From: an uncultured virus (IMG/VR IMGVR_UViG_2651870323_000004)
Taxonomy: Duplodnaviria; Heunggongvirae; Uroviricota; Caudoviricetes
Strand: one strand, 5' to 3'
Length of the DNA: 64,000 bases
Virus record (IMG/VR): IMGVR_UViG_2651870323_000004
Positions 47,601 through 56,172 of the stretch are shown here, piece after piece; the stretch's first letter is position 1; each line of letters starts with the position of its first letter. Both the position numbers and the translations under genes were made by a program. Below the pieces are notes generated by a model. The model did not search any database. It was not told the origin of the DNA and saw only the letters and a program-made list of their open reading frames with translations.

Positions 47601-50600
47601 GCGAACCGCGATTTCGCACGGGCGTTCGTCGGCAAGCTGCAGGCCGAGGGCCAGGACGTGGCCGGCATGCTCGATGCCGGCGGCGCGCTCTCGCCCGCAG
47701 GCGTGGTGCGGCTGCAGGCTGCCCTCGTGCACAGGGCCTACAGCGATGGCGATCTGGTCGAATCCATGTTCGGCAGCACGGACAACGACATCCGCGCCAT
47801 CGGCGAGGCACTGAAGGACGTGGCGGGCGAGTGGGCGAATCTGCGCCAGGCGGCTGCCGCTGGCGCCGTGAACCCACAGGTGGACGTGACGGGCAACCTG
47901 CTTCAGGCCATCCGGCTGGTGCAGAAGGCGCGGCGCGAGCGCGCATCCCTCTACGACGCGATCAACCAGGTGGACATGGTGACGGGCGACGTGCCCGACC
48001 CCATGACCGTGGGCGTGCTGCGCATGCTCTATTCCGGCCAGTACCTGACGCGGGCCGTGGGCCGGGACCGGCTGGCCGACTCCCTGCGCGAATACATGGC
48101 CGCGGCCTTGGCGACGCGCGCGGGCGGTGATATGTTCGGCGAGCAGGTCGGCCCTGACGCCATCCTTTCCGCGTTGAGCGGCCAACCAACCACCCAGACC
48201 ACCAATGCAGCAAGCCCCCAACCTTCCGGACAATCCGCACCCGCAGCCCCGCAAGGCGAGCGAGGAGCCCCTGGCCGCGACCCTGCTGGCCGCGGTGCTG
48301 ATGAGCCAGGGCAGCAAGCACGGCGACCGGAACCAGATCGAGCAGGGCCGCGCCCTGATGAAGATGGCGGACGCGGCGAAGGGCAAGATGCCCAAGATCC
48401 CCGCGGACAGCCGGATGGGCAAGGCGATCGCGGAGCTGCAGAAGACGGCCGTGGCGCAGTAGCGCCAGACCTCGAACTTTCCAGCTACACCCCACGGGAA
48501 GTCACAGCGCGCGAGGACGCGCAGCAGGAGTCCGCCCAGGCCCGGGCGAAAGCCGACGCGAAGGCTGATGCCGACGCGCGCGCCGAGCGCGAGCGCCGCG
48601 AGGTATCCGCCCGGATGGAGGCCAGCGCCGAGAACTTCGAGCTGGGCGAGGATGCGGACGACGCCCTGAGCGGGCAGCGCCCCATGTTCAGCCGCGCAGC
48701 CGCGCCCGAGAGCGAGGCGTTCAAGAAGTGGTTCGGGGACAGCAAGGTGACGGAGAGCGGCAAGCCGGGTGGCCGCCCGCTCGTGATGTACCGCGGATCG
48801 CCCAACGAGAACGCGGCCCCGTCCCGGCCCGGGGCCCTTATCTTCCTGTCGCCAGACCCTGCGTTTGCCGAGCACTACGCGGCCGGCGGTGCCACCTATC
48901 CGCTGTACGTCAAGGCTGAACGGCCCTTCGACGCTTCCCGTGGGGAAGGCCTCGCGCTGTGGCGCAAGTACGCCGAGGAGACGGGCGCGGCATCGTGGGC
49001 CACCTCGGGGACGGAGCGCGGAGCGCTGCCGGTCTGGCAGCAGGAGCCGGAACTGCGAAAGTGGCTGGACCGTGCTGGTGTTCAGTACGACGGGATCTGG
49101 TTTGCCGAGTCGAACGGTGGGGCATCGCTCGCGGTGCTGGCACAGGCTCAGGTCAAGTCGGCCACTGGAAACATCGGCACGTTCGACCCGTCGAACCCGG
49201 ACATCCGCTTCAGCTTCGCCGGCAGGAACGCACGCAGCGCCGACCTGGGCGAGCTGGAGCGCGCCGAGGCCATGGCGCGCAGCGGCATGTCCAGCGCCGT
49301 CATCCAGCAGGAAACCGGCTGGCACCGCGGCGTGGATGGCCGCTGGCGCTTCGAGATCAGCGATGACACCGCCGAATTCCGCCGGGCCGAGACGCGGCCG
49401 GAGGATCTCGTGGAGGTGGAGCGCCAGGTGCGCGAGGCGGCGACCGTCACCCAGGACGACGAACTGCACACCGCCCAGCTGGACGAAGGCGACGGCGTGC
49501 TGCGGGCCTACAGCACCACCCGAGAGGGGGCGCTGGCCAACCTTGTGGACCGCGTGGCGCGGGCCCGCTTCGGCGTGGAGTTCGACATCGCGAAGGTGAA
49601 GGATGGACAGGTGGAGGCGCTGACCGACGTGCTGCGGCATCCGGCGCTGTTCGCCGCCTATCCGTTTCTGCGGGGGCTGAAGGTTTACTTCCGCAGGGGG
49701 CGAGACGCCCGCGAGTTCGGCTCCTACGACGAGACCCACCGGGCCGTCACGCTGAACGCGGATCGCGCTCCAGGAGAGGTGCTGTCCACGCTGCTGCATG
49801 AACTCCAGCACGCGATCCAGTACCGTGAAGGCTTCGCGCTGGGCGGCAACATGGACGCCGACTTCACGAGCAGCGTGCGCAAGACCCTGCGCGAGATGGC
49901 CGAGGGCGAAGCGCGGGCGGTGGAGGCGTGGAAGGCGAAGCACCCGGACTTGATGGAGAACGCTGAGAAGGCGGCCGCCGTGGTGCGCGATGCCCTCATG
50001 TACGAATCCATGGAGCGGCTGCTGTCCTACTCGGAGCGCGACAAGCCCAGCGGCGTGTTCCGGCTCATCCGCAACGAGATGCAGTGGATCTACAACACGA
50101 CGCACTGGCTTGACCCGGTGGCGGTCGAGCTGCAGCGGCGGTTCTACGGGATGCCCAAGAGCGGCGCAAAGCGCAACGCCTACATCCGGGACATGGCCTT
50201 CGATGCGCAGAAGTGGCTGCGAAGCACCATCGCGCCTGAGAACCTGGCAGCGTTCAAGGCCGACGAGCGCACGATGAAAGGGATGATCGGCGCGCTGCGC
50301 CGGCACGCCGACAAGGCGCGCGCCGCGCTGGAGCCCCTGCGAGAGCAGGAGGGCCGGGCCCGGGTAGCCGAGGCCCTGGAACGGAAGTTCGAGTTCGGAT
50401 CGCCCTACGACATCTACCGCTCCCTCGCCGGTGAGGTAGAAGCGCGCACCACGCAGGCACGGCAGGGGCTCACGGAGGCAGAACGCCGTGCACGGCCCGT
50501 GCAGGCCGACATGGACGTGTCGCCGGCCGAGGCCATCGTGGTGGTGGGCGGCCACGAAATGCGCCTGCCGGACGTGCAGCAGGATCGCGGCGCGCCCGGG

Positions 50601-53600
50601 CCGGCCGATGACTTCGACGTGGACGCGTTCCTGCGCACGATGCAGGAGGCCCCGGCCGTGCCCGACGAGGCGAAGGCCCAGGCCGTGGCCCGCACGGAAT
50701 CCGCCGCGGCTGCGATCCGCTCCGCGTGGGCGAACGGCCCCGAGGTGGTCGTGGCGTTCGACATGGCCGACCCGAAGGTGCCGCAGCAGGTGCGCGATGC
50801 CGACCTGAGCCAGCGCAGCCGCGGCGCCGGGGGCTCGCCGGAGGGGTTCTACTTCGGCGGGAAGGTGTACCTGCTGGCCGAGCAGTTGCCGCGCGACCAA
50901 GACGTGGCCCGCGTGCTCATGCATGAGGCGCTAGGCCACCACGGGCTCGCCGGGGTGTTCGGCTCGGGGCTCGATGCGGTGCTGCAGCAGCTCGTCCAGG
51001 CGCGGCCCGCCGAGGTGCGACGCAAGGCGGCGGAGTACGGTCTGGACTACGGCGACCGGGCCCAGCGGATGCAGGCGGCCGAGGAGGTGCTGGCCGAGAT
51101 GGCGCAGGCCCGTCCGGAGCTGGGCTTCGTGCAGCGCGCGGTGGCCGCCGTGCGCAGCTGGGCGCGGGCGCACATCCCGGGCTTCGCCGACTTGCGGATG
51201 ACGGACGCCGAGATCGTCCGGGACTTCATCCTGCCGGCCCGGGGCTGGGTCGAGCGCGGGCGCCAGGCAGACGCAGCGCCGGCAGCCGCTGGCGGCGCGC
51301 CCGCCCTGGCCTTCAGCCTGCCAGCTGACGCGCTGGCCCAGGCCCGGGCGAAGTGGGCCGGGCTGGTCGATCAGTTCGTCCGTGGCGGGCTGGACGAAAC
51401 GAAGACCTACGAGGTGCTGCCATCGTCCACGGCGGTGATGAAGATGTTGGGGCTGCCGGATCTGCCCGCGCACGCCGGTGTGCACGCCATGGACGCGCTC
51501 TACAACCATGGCGTGAAGCCGTCGCAGATGAAGCAGATCCTGGACGAGCTGGCGAACCCGCGCATGGTCATGGTTTGGAACAAGGGCAGCCGCGGCGACG
51601 CGAGCCTGAATTTCGTCACGTCGATGAGCAACCCGCAGGGTCAGCCGTTCGTGATCGCCATCAAGCCCAACCGGGGCTCGGTGAAGGGGCGCTTCCACTG
51701 GGTGGCCACCGTCACGGAGAAGCAGCCGCGCGCGATCCTGGACATGGTGAGGGAAGGGGGGGCAATGTACGCTGGCGAGGGTGCCATCGCGGGAATCTCC
51801 GAGGCGGAGATGCGGGAAGCGTTGCGCTTCGCCAAAGAAAAACGAGGCAAGGAAGCCAGAGGACTGATGCAAGCAATTGGCACCAGTTATAGCTTACCGA
51901 ACCTCGTCCAGCGCGTATTGTACGCAAAGGATCTGGAAGCGTTCAAGGGGGAGCAGGCGGGCCCGGCAATGTTCAGCCGTGCGCCGGCCGGTGCCGCACA
52001 GGCAGCGCAGCCGGCGCAGGGGCTGCTGGCCCGCCTGCAGGACCGCGTGCGCCAGCTGACCAGCCCCGAGGCGGTGGACAGCTGGCTCTACAACTGGCAG
52101 GACAAGTTCATCGACCTGAAGCGCATCCAGGACCAGATCAAGGCTCTGAACGGCACCGTCAGCGAGACGAACGACGCCTACCGCGGCGAGGAGCTGTACC
52201 ACAAGCGCGTGGCGAAGCGCACGGCCAACTTCCTGCGCGACGAGGTGCGGCCGCTGCTGGCCGCCATGAACGACGCGAAGGTGGGCATGGAGGAATTCGA
52301 GCGCTTCCTGCACGCGCGGCACGCTCCGGAGGCGAACCGCGTGCTGGCCGAGCGCAACCCGAGTAAGCAGGAGCTGGACCAGAAGCGCGCCGACGCCGCC
52401 AAGACCGTGGCGGACCTGCGCCGGCAGTTGCAGCACGCCCGGGCGTCCGGCTCGGTCATCAGCGGCATCCAGCGTTCGCTGGGGCTCGCCATGGCCGAGG
52501 CTGACCGCTGGAACAGCGCCGAAGCGTTCAAGGGCACGGAGGAGGACCGCCTGTCCCTGTCCGGCATGAGCGACGCCGAGGCCAAGAACGTCATGGGGGG
52601 CTACAGCCCGGAGCAGCGCAAGGTGATGGACGCCTTGGCCACCCGGGTGGATCGGATGAACAACATCACGCTGCAGACGCTCGAGCAGTACGGCCTGATG
52701 GATCGCCTGTCGATCGAGGCCTGGCGCAAGACCTACCAGCACTACGTCCCGCTGCACCGCGACGAGGCCCGGCCGGACAGCAAGGCTCATCCGATCGGGC
52801 AGGGCTTTTCGACGAAGGGCGACGCATCGAAGCGGCGCACCGGCTCCAACGAGAAGGTGACGAACATCCTGAGCCACCTGGTGATGCAGCGCGAGGCGGC
52901 GCTGACCCGCGGCGAGAAGAACAACGTGATGAAGCGCCTCTACGTGCTCGCGGCGCAGAACCCCGACGAGAGCCTGTGGTCCCTGGAGCTGCCCAAGAAA
53001 AAGGCCATCGACCCGGATACGGGGCTGGTGCGCACCATGCCGGACATCGGGGCGCGCCTGCGCGACAACGTGCTGACGCTGCGCATCGGGGGCAAGGACA
53101 AGCACATCATCTTCAACGAGCGCAACGAGCGGGCGGCCCGCCTGGCGCTCGCCATGAAGAACCTGGACGCCACGGAACTGGACCGCTTTACCCGCACGAT
53201 GGGGCACCTCACGCGATGGTTCGCGGCGGTAAACACCCAGTACAACCCGATTTTCGGCGTGCTTAACCTGGCGCGCGACGTGCAGGGTTCGCTGCTGCAG
53301 CTGTCGTCCACCCCGTTGGCGGGCCGGCAGCGCGAGGTGTTCAAGAACATCCGCAGCAACATGCTTGACATCTACCGGGATCTCCGGCGAGAGCGCCGCG
53401 AAAGTGGGGCGGGGCAGGGGCCGTGGGCCCGGCTCTGGGAGCAGCTGCAGCTGGACGGCGGCACTACTGGCTATCGCGACCTCTACACCAAGCCCGAGGA
53501 CCGCGCGGCGGCCCTGCGCAAGGCGCTCGAGCGGCAGGGCGAGGGTGGCGCGAAGGCCATGGTGCGCGGCGTGGGGGAGTGGCTGTCCGACTTCAATGAG

Positions 53601-54836
53601 ACGCTGGAGGCCTCCACGCGCCTGGCGACTTACAAGGCTGCGCTGGACGCCGGCCAGTCGCGCGAGGCCGCGGCCAGCCTTGCCAAGAACATCACGGTGA
53701 ACTTCAACCGGAAAGGGCGGAACACGTCCGTGGTGGGCAGCTACTACGCGTTCCTGAACGCCGCCATCCAGGGCAACGTGCGCATGCTGGAAACCCTGGC
53801 CGGGCCCGCCGGGCGGAAGGTCATGGCCGGCGGGGTCGCCCTGGGCATGCTGTCGGGGCTGGCGGGCGCGCTCATCATGGGCGGCGGCGGAGCCGACGAC
53901 GAGTGGAAGAAGATCCCCGACTTCGTGAAGGAGCGCAGCATCATCATCCCGCTGTCGCGTCAGGACTACGTGGCGATCCCCATGCCGCTGGGGTTCCACG
54001 TCTTCCCGAACATCGGCCGCAAGCTGGTGGAGTTCGGCATGCATGACGATCCGACGAAGAGCCGCGCCGGTCACCTGGCGGACATGGCCATGATCGCCCT
54101 GAACGCCTATAACCCGCTCGGCGGGGCCGACAACATCATGCAGATGCTGGCGCCCACGCCCTTCGATCCGGTGGTGGCGCTGATGGAGAACAAGGACTGG
54201 ACCGGCCGGCAGATCTACAAGGAGCAGCGCAGCGGGCTCGATCCGAAGCCCGGGCACGCCATGGGCAAGGATTCGGTGACGCCTCCCGCGCGGTGGGTGG
54301 CCCGGCTCATCAACGATGCCACCGGCGGCAACGAATGGCAGCCCGGGAAGTGGAGCCCCAACCCGGACGCGCTGGAGTACCTGTTCGGGCAGTTCACCGG
54401 AGGCGTGGGCCGCGAGCTGACCAAGGCCGGCAACATGGTGACGGCCGCCGTGACGGGCGAGGAACTGGCGCCGCATCAGATCACCCTGGCGGGGCGGTTT
54501 TACGGCAACACCCGCGGCGTGAACGGCCAGAGCACGTCCTACTACGAGAACCTGAAGCGGGTGAACACCAGCATGGCCGAGGCCAGGGGGCGCGTGGCGA
54601 GAGGTGAGGAGGCCGAGGCCGTGCTGCTGGACGTGCCGCTGGCCCGCGTGGACGGGGCGGCCAGCGCGCTGGATAAGCGCGTGTCCGACCTGGTGAAGAT
54701 GCGGCGGCAGATCCAGGCCGGCAGCGACCCGAACAAGCGCGAGCTCGTGAAGGAGGTGAATGCCGAAATCGAGCGCAGCATGTACCTGCTCAACAAGGCC
54801 GTGGAGGATGTGCTGGCCGAGCAACGCGGCCGGTGA
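44631..54836 (+). CDS. Large polyvalent (injected) protein, ~3401 aa: DdrB/ParB-like, ART-PolyVal-like, LPD23-like, two zincin MPTase-like, PBECR-like and LPD38-like regions
   Basis: QNRDR..NNGRTAG; FKKWFGDSKV..PLVMYRGS..QVKSATGNIGTFD; ETGWHRGVDGRWRFEISD; HELQH and HEALGHHG; NITVNFNRKG..IPMPLGF. Confidence 0.85.
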   Translation: MSQDLLAMARGDGDAAAGGGSDLFEMAGFRPQPKKPAERTWGEAATDTVVQLAEGVNNIAGAVPNLFAPQSGVASFFRDNADHWRGEQSEALRRKVADADAQIAQANQDSIVDQAVAAAKAYSSDPALAARFVTTNLPSMLPGVAAAKAAQVARLAGGASAAVAAGTATTAAGVTNAVLNAGGARGEAFEDIRDALVKKGHSREEAERMALERSRIPAAVGAATGFLSGKIGLEHAVVGGGGARGGLAAGARSVAAELLGEQAEEVLPQVATNYQASDIDQRPLSRNVGRTAVETAIGSAPGAGVSGAMTALRRGDAAAAKTEEGTPPAEAGTPAEDMLPDSLPDQPARRSGPAADAADTAAAVTRLAELEVIDGSVGLSEEQKVERAVLAERVERAAAREEELEAIGETPEEAAGAAAPRPEAAPAAEAAQPGDASAAGASQDGSQLQQELRAVAQRSSGDTRRNAVELLARLEGGGMPAHVQRFVEREAAELVATAQAAPAEAAGAAPGAAAAPTAPDRLTPQERQEFERAYRRPVADPLGELQDRVRAGSAYTQAGDVQQLRDQLEDAWLELNVATETQQPAAAPAQIDGEAIHRVDAQLRTRRIRDALQNLLDEDVGNTVQIVGRLDGALEKIGEPGLDDGERQAVRRVADAYFGFRGARERSPLPKPVERAEDWGADNSSMEALIQERGAPRARSRDRSGYAPAAESARSTAAAPAVDAFDPGAVRAKTWPQFVAERGENVARLRRGSPAWDRLQNEWAAVKTKRAGTNPEGTGAVGAATPEIQNRDRARPASVVQMQGMAQSPDYMRLGPSRSPETGAPMVFAVGDQVHAAHAIGRGDTAVMSDGQRVPFQYAVMEAGDVQPSNFADGGVNPLFDAAHPGTVKALNNGRTAGLRAAYERGTADSYRQELMADSAMHGIDPQVIAGMRAPMLVRLYSERDNQANMGAKSQSQALGLSAAEQAATDAALLDTGVLDVLEAGDLAGAANRDFARAFVGKLQAEGQDVAGMLDAGGALSPAGVVRLQAALVHRAYSDGDLVESMFGSTDNDIRAIGEALKDVAGEWANLRQAAAAGAVNPQVDVTGNLLQAIRLVQKARRERASLYDAINQVDMVTGDVPDPMTVGVLRMLYSGQYLTRAVGRDRLADSLREYMAAALATRAGGDMFGEQVGPDAILSALSGQPTTQTTNAASPQPSGQSAPAAPQGERGAPGRDPAGRGADEPGQQARRPEPDRAGPRPDEDGGRGEGQDAQDPRGQPDGQGDRGAAEDGRGAVAPDLELSSYTPREVTAREDAQQESAQARAKADAKADADARAERERREVSARMEASAENFELGEDADDALSGQRPMFSRAAAPESEAFKKWFGDSKVTESGKPGGRPLVMYRGSPNENAAPSRPGALIFLSPDPAFAEHYAAGGATYPLYVKAERPFDASRGEGLALWRKYAEETGAASWATSGTERGALPVWQQEPELRKWLDRAGVQYDGIWFAESNGGASLAVLAQAQVKSATGNIGTFDPSNPDIRFSFAGRNARSADLGELERAEAMARSGMSSAVIQQETGWHRGVDGRWRFEISDDTAEFRRAETRPEDLVEVERQVREAATVTQDDELHTAQLDEGDGVLRAYSTTREGALANLVDRVARARFGVEFDIAKVKDGQVEALTDVLRHPALFAAYPFLRGLKVYFRRGRDAREFGSYDETHRAVTLNADRAPGEVLSTLLHELQHAIQYREGFALGGNMDADFTSSVRKTLREMAEGEARAVEAWKAKHPDLMENAEKAAAVVRDALMYESMERLLSYSERDKPSGVFRLIRNEMQWIYNTTHWLDPVAVELQRRFYGMPKSGAKRNAYIRDMAFDAQKWLRSTIAPENLAAFKADERTMKGMIGALRRHADKARAALEPLREQEGRARVAEALERKFEFGSPYDIYRSLAGEVEARTTQARQGLTEAERRARPVQADMDVSPAEAIVVVGGHEMRLPDVQQDRGAPGPADDFDVDAFLRTMQEAPAVPDEAKAQAVARTESAAAAIRSAWANGPEVVVAFDMADPKVPQQVRDADLSQRSRGAGGSPEGFYFGGKVYLLAEQLPRDQDVARVLMHEALGHHGLAGVFGSGLDAVLQQLVQARPAEVRRKAAEYGLDYGDRAQRMQAAEEVLAEMAQARPELGFVQRAVAAVRSWARAHIPGFADLRMTDAEIVRDFILPARGWVERGRQADAAPAAAGGAPALAFSLPADALAQARAKWAGLVDQFVRGGLDETKTYEVLPSSTAVMKMLGLPDLPAHAGVHAMDALYNHGVKPSQMKQILDELANPRMVMVWNKGSRGDASLNFVTSMSNPQGQPFVIAIKPNRGSVKGRFHWVATVTEKQPRAILDMVREGGAMYAGEGAIAGISEAEMREALRFAKEKRGKEARGLMQAIGTSYSLPNLVQRVLYAKDLEAFKGEQAGPAMFSRAPAGAAQAAQPAQGLLARLQDRVRQLTSPEAVDSWLYNWQDKFIDLKRIQDQIKALNGTVSETNDAYRGEELYHKRVAKRTANFLRDEVRPLLAAMNDAKVGMEEFERFLHARHAPEANRVLAERNPSKQELDQKRADAAKTVADLRRQLQHARASGSVISGIQRSLGLAMAEADRWNSAEAFKGTEEDRLSLSGMSDAEAKNVMGGYSPEQRKVMDALATRVDRMNNITLQTLEQYGLMDRLSIEAWRKTYQHYVPLHRDEARPDSKAHPIGQGFSTKGDASKRRTGSNEKVTNILSHLVMQREAALTRGEKNNVMKRLYVLAAQNPDESLWSLELPKKKAIDPDTGLVRTMPDIGARLRDNVLTLRIGGKDKHIIFNERNERAARLALAMKNLDATELDRFTRTMGHLTRWFAAVNTQYNPIFGVLNLARDVQGSLLQLSSTPLAGRQREVFKNIRSNMLDIYRDLRRERRESGAGQGPWARLWEQLQLDGGTTGYRDLYTKPEDRAAALRKALERQGEGGAKAMVRGVGEWLSDFNETLEASTRLATYKAALDAGQSREAAASLAKNITVNFNRKGRNTSVVGSYYAFLNAAIQGNVRMLETLAGPAGRKVMAGGVALGMLSGLAGALIMGGGGADDEWKKIPDFVKERSIIIPLSRQDYVAIPMPLGFHVFPNIGRKLVEFGMHDDPTKSRAGHLADMAMIALNAYNPLGGADNIMQMLAPTPFDPVVALMENKDWTGRQIYKEQRSGLDPKPGHAMGKDSVTPPARWVARLINDATGGNEWQPGKWSPNPDALEYLFGQFTGGVGRELTKAGNMVTAAVTGEELAPHQITLAGRFYGNTRGVNGQSTSYYENLKRVNTSMAEARGRVARGEEAEAVLLDVPLARVDGAASALDKRVSDLVKMRRQIQAGSDPNKRELVKEVNAEIERSMYLLNKAVEDVLAEQRGR
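48205..48462 (+). CDS. Nested +1-frame small protein inside the giant gene
   Basis: Nearly all codons end in G/C in this frame, while the host frame loses its GC3 bias over the same span. Confidence 0.6.
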   Translation: MQQAPNLPDNPHPQPRKASEEPLAATLLAAVLMSQGSKHGDRNQIEQGRALMKMADAAKGKMPKIPADSRMGKAIAELQKTAVAQ

Positions 54837-54839
54837 TGG

Positions 54840-54864
54840 AGCGGCAGGCATAGTGCCTGCCGCT
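54840..54864. other. Perfect 11-bp hairpin after the giant gene
   Basis: AGCGGCAGGCA-TAG-TGCCTGCCGCT; no U tract. Confidence 0.55.
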
Positions 54865-54896
54865 GAGCTATCCTTCTGGGCACAACAGGAGGGCAC

Positions 54897-55142
54897 ATGC
54901 CGAAGATCAAGGTGTACACCGCGATGCGCGCCGACGGCGCCATGCTGGAGTTTTCTCATCCCGTCGAAGAGGAATGGACCGTCGAAGACGTGGCCCAGCG
55001 GCTTATTGAGCAAGCGCAGCGGTCGCAAGACCTGACTCCGGACGGACGACGCGGCGCAACCCGTGTCGAGCGGCTTGCAGAGTTAGGCTTCGCCATCACC
55101 AGTGTGGAGGAGGTGGAAGCCCCCGCCGAGGATGCCGAATGA
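54897..55142 (+). CDS. Hypothetical protein
   Basis: SD AGGAGG, 81 aa. Confidence 0.7.
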   Translation: MPKIKVYTAMRADGAMLEFSHPVEEEWTVEDVAQRLIEQAQRSQDLTPDGRRGATRVERLAELGFAITSVEEVEAPAEDAE

Positions 55143-55399
55143 TCCCATCCCTCAATATCGTCAAGGCTGGCTCCGGCATCTACGACGTGCACATTGAGGA
55201 CGGCGGCACAGAAGTGGACGAGTTCACGGCAACGACCATCGCAGGCGCCATCCGGGAAGCGGCCGCCCGTGGGTACGGCGCCCGGGGCTTCCACATTTGG
55301 TACGGCGCCATCTGCATCGGCACCACCACCCTGACCGCCATGCGGCACGATGCCGAAACGCTGGCGCTGAAGCTGCTGAGCGTGGCATCACAGTTCTGA
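55139..55399 (+). CDS. Hypothetical protein
   Basis: ATGA-coupled, 86 aa. Confidence 0.65.
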   Translation: MIPSLNIVKAGSGIYDVHIEDGGTEVDEFTATTIAGAIREAAARGYGARGFHIWYGAICIGTTTLTAMRHDAETLALKLLSVASQF

Positions 55400-55406
55400 G
55401 GGCGGC

Positions 55407-55802
55407 ATGAAGAATTCCGGAATGTTCGCCCAGGCTCTCCAGCATGCCTTCTGGATGCAGTCCGTCCGCGCACATGAGAACCCGAAACAGGTGGCACGCT
55501 CACGCGCTGTGTTCGTTGACCTCTGGAAGAGCGCAGGATGGGTTGCGTTGATGGCTGCTCTGGGATGGTGCGCACTGTTCGCTGCAGGCAAGGCGCATCC
55601 ATCATTTCCCCTGGACGTGGGAAAACTGTGCTCCGTCATCGGAATATGGCTCGCCGGGTGGGGGACATGGCTCGCGATCCAAGAGCGGATGGGCTCCTGG
55701 GATGGCTCCCTTCCAGATGAAATAGCCCGAGATGGGCTGTTCCGCCTTCTATTCATCCCGGGCATCTTCTTCTCGGTGGTCGGGGCTGGCTGGTGGGGTT
55801 GA
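55407..55802 (+). CDS. Three-TM membrane protein
   Basis: Three hydrophobic segments. Confidence 0.6.
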   Translation: MKNSGMFAQALQHAFWMQSVRAHENPKQVARSRAVFVDLWKSAGWVALMAALGWCALFAAGKAHPSFPLDVGKLCSVIGIWLAGWGTWLAIQERMGSWDGSLPDEIARDGLFRLLFIPGIFFSVVGAGWWG

Positions 55803-55807
55803 TGATG

Positions 55808-55829
55808 CTGGATGTTTGTCCAGTATCAT
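55808..55829 (+). promoter_or_regulatory. LexA (SOS) box abutting a -10 element
   Basis: CTGGATGTTTGTCCAG (CTG-N10-CAG) then TATCAT, 6 nt before ATG 55836. Confidence 0.6.
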
Positions 55830-55835
55830 CCATTC

Positions 55836-56114
55836 ATGACCATCGACCAGATTGCAATCGCCTTGCTCGGCGCTGCGGCCGCGTTCCTGTCGCAGGCCAG
55901 CACGGAAGCGGCCCGCCGGTGGGCTTGCATCTTCGGCATCGTGGGACAGCCGTTCTGGTTCTGGGCGTCCTGGCACGCCGACCAGTGGGGCGTCTTCGCG
56001 GTGTCGGTCTTGTACGCCCTGGCGTGGGTCCGGGGCTTCTGGGTGTACTGGGTAGCCCCCCGCCTGCGGGCGGGGTCGGGGCTGGGAGCCATCCCTAAAT
56101 CTGCCCCAAAATGA
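55836..56114 (+). CDS. Small Trp-rich membrane protein
   Basis: MTIDQIAIALLG..GQPFWFW..QWGVF. Confidence 0.7.
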   Translation: MTIDQIAIALLGAAAAFLSQASTEAARRWACIFGIVGQPFWFWASWHADQWGVFAVSVLYALAWVRGFWVYWVAPRLRAGSGLGAIPKSAPK

Positions 56115-56172
56115 GCGAATTACAGCGTACCCAGGCGTAGCCCTATCCCTCTAGGAGCTACGCTGCGGTACG

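Noticed and set aside
53108..53119. 12-nt match (CATCTTCAACGA) between array unit 6 and the giant gene
   Set aside because: Too short to exceed chance given the many possible array words and 64 kb on both strands
45480..55028. Very long minus-strand ORFs (1814 aa, 1044 aa) and similar ones opposite gyrA and tail genes
   Set aside because: Antisense shadows of high-GC3 genes with no recognisable motifs
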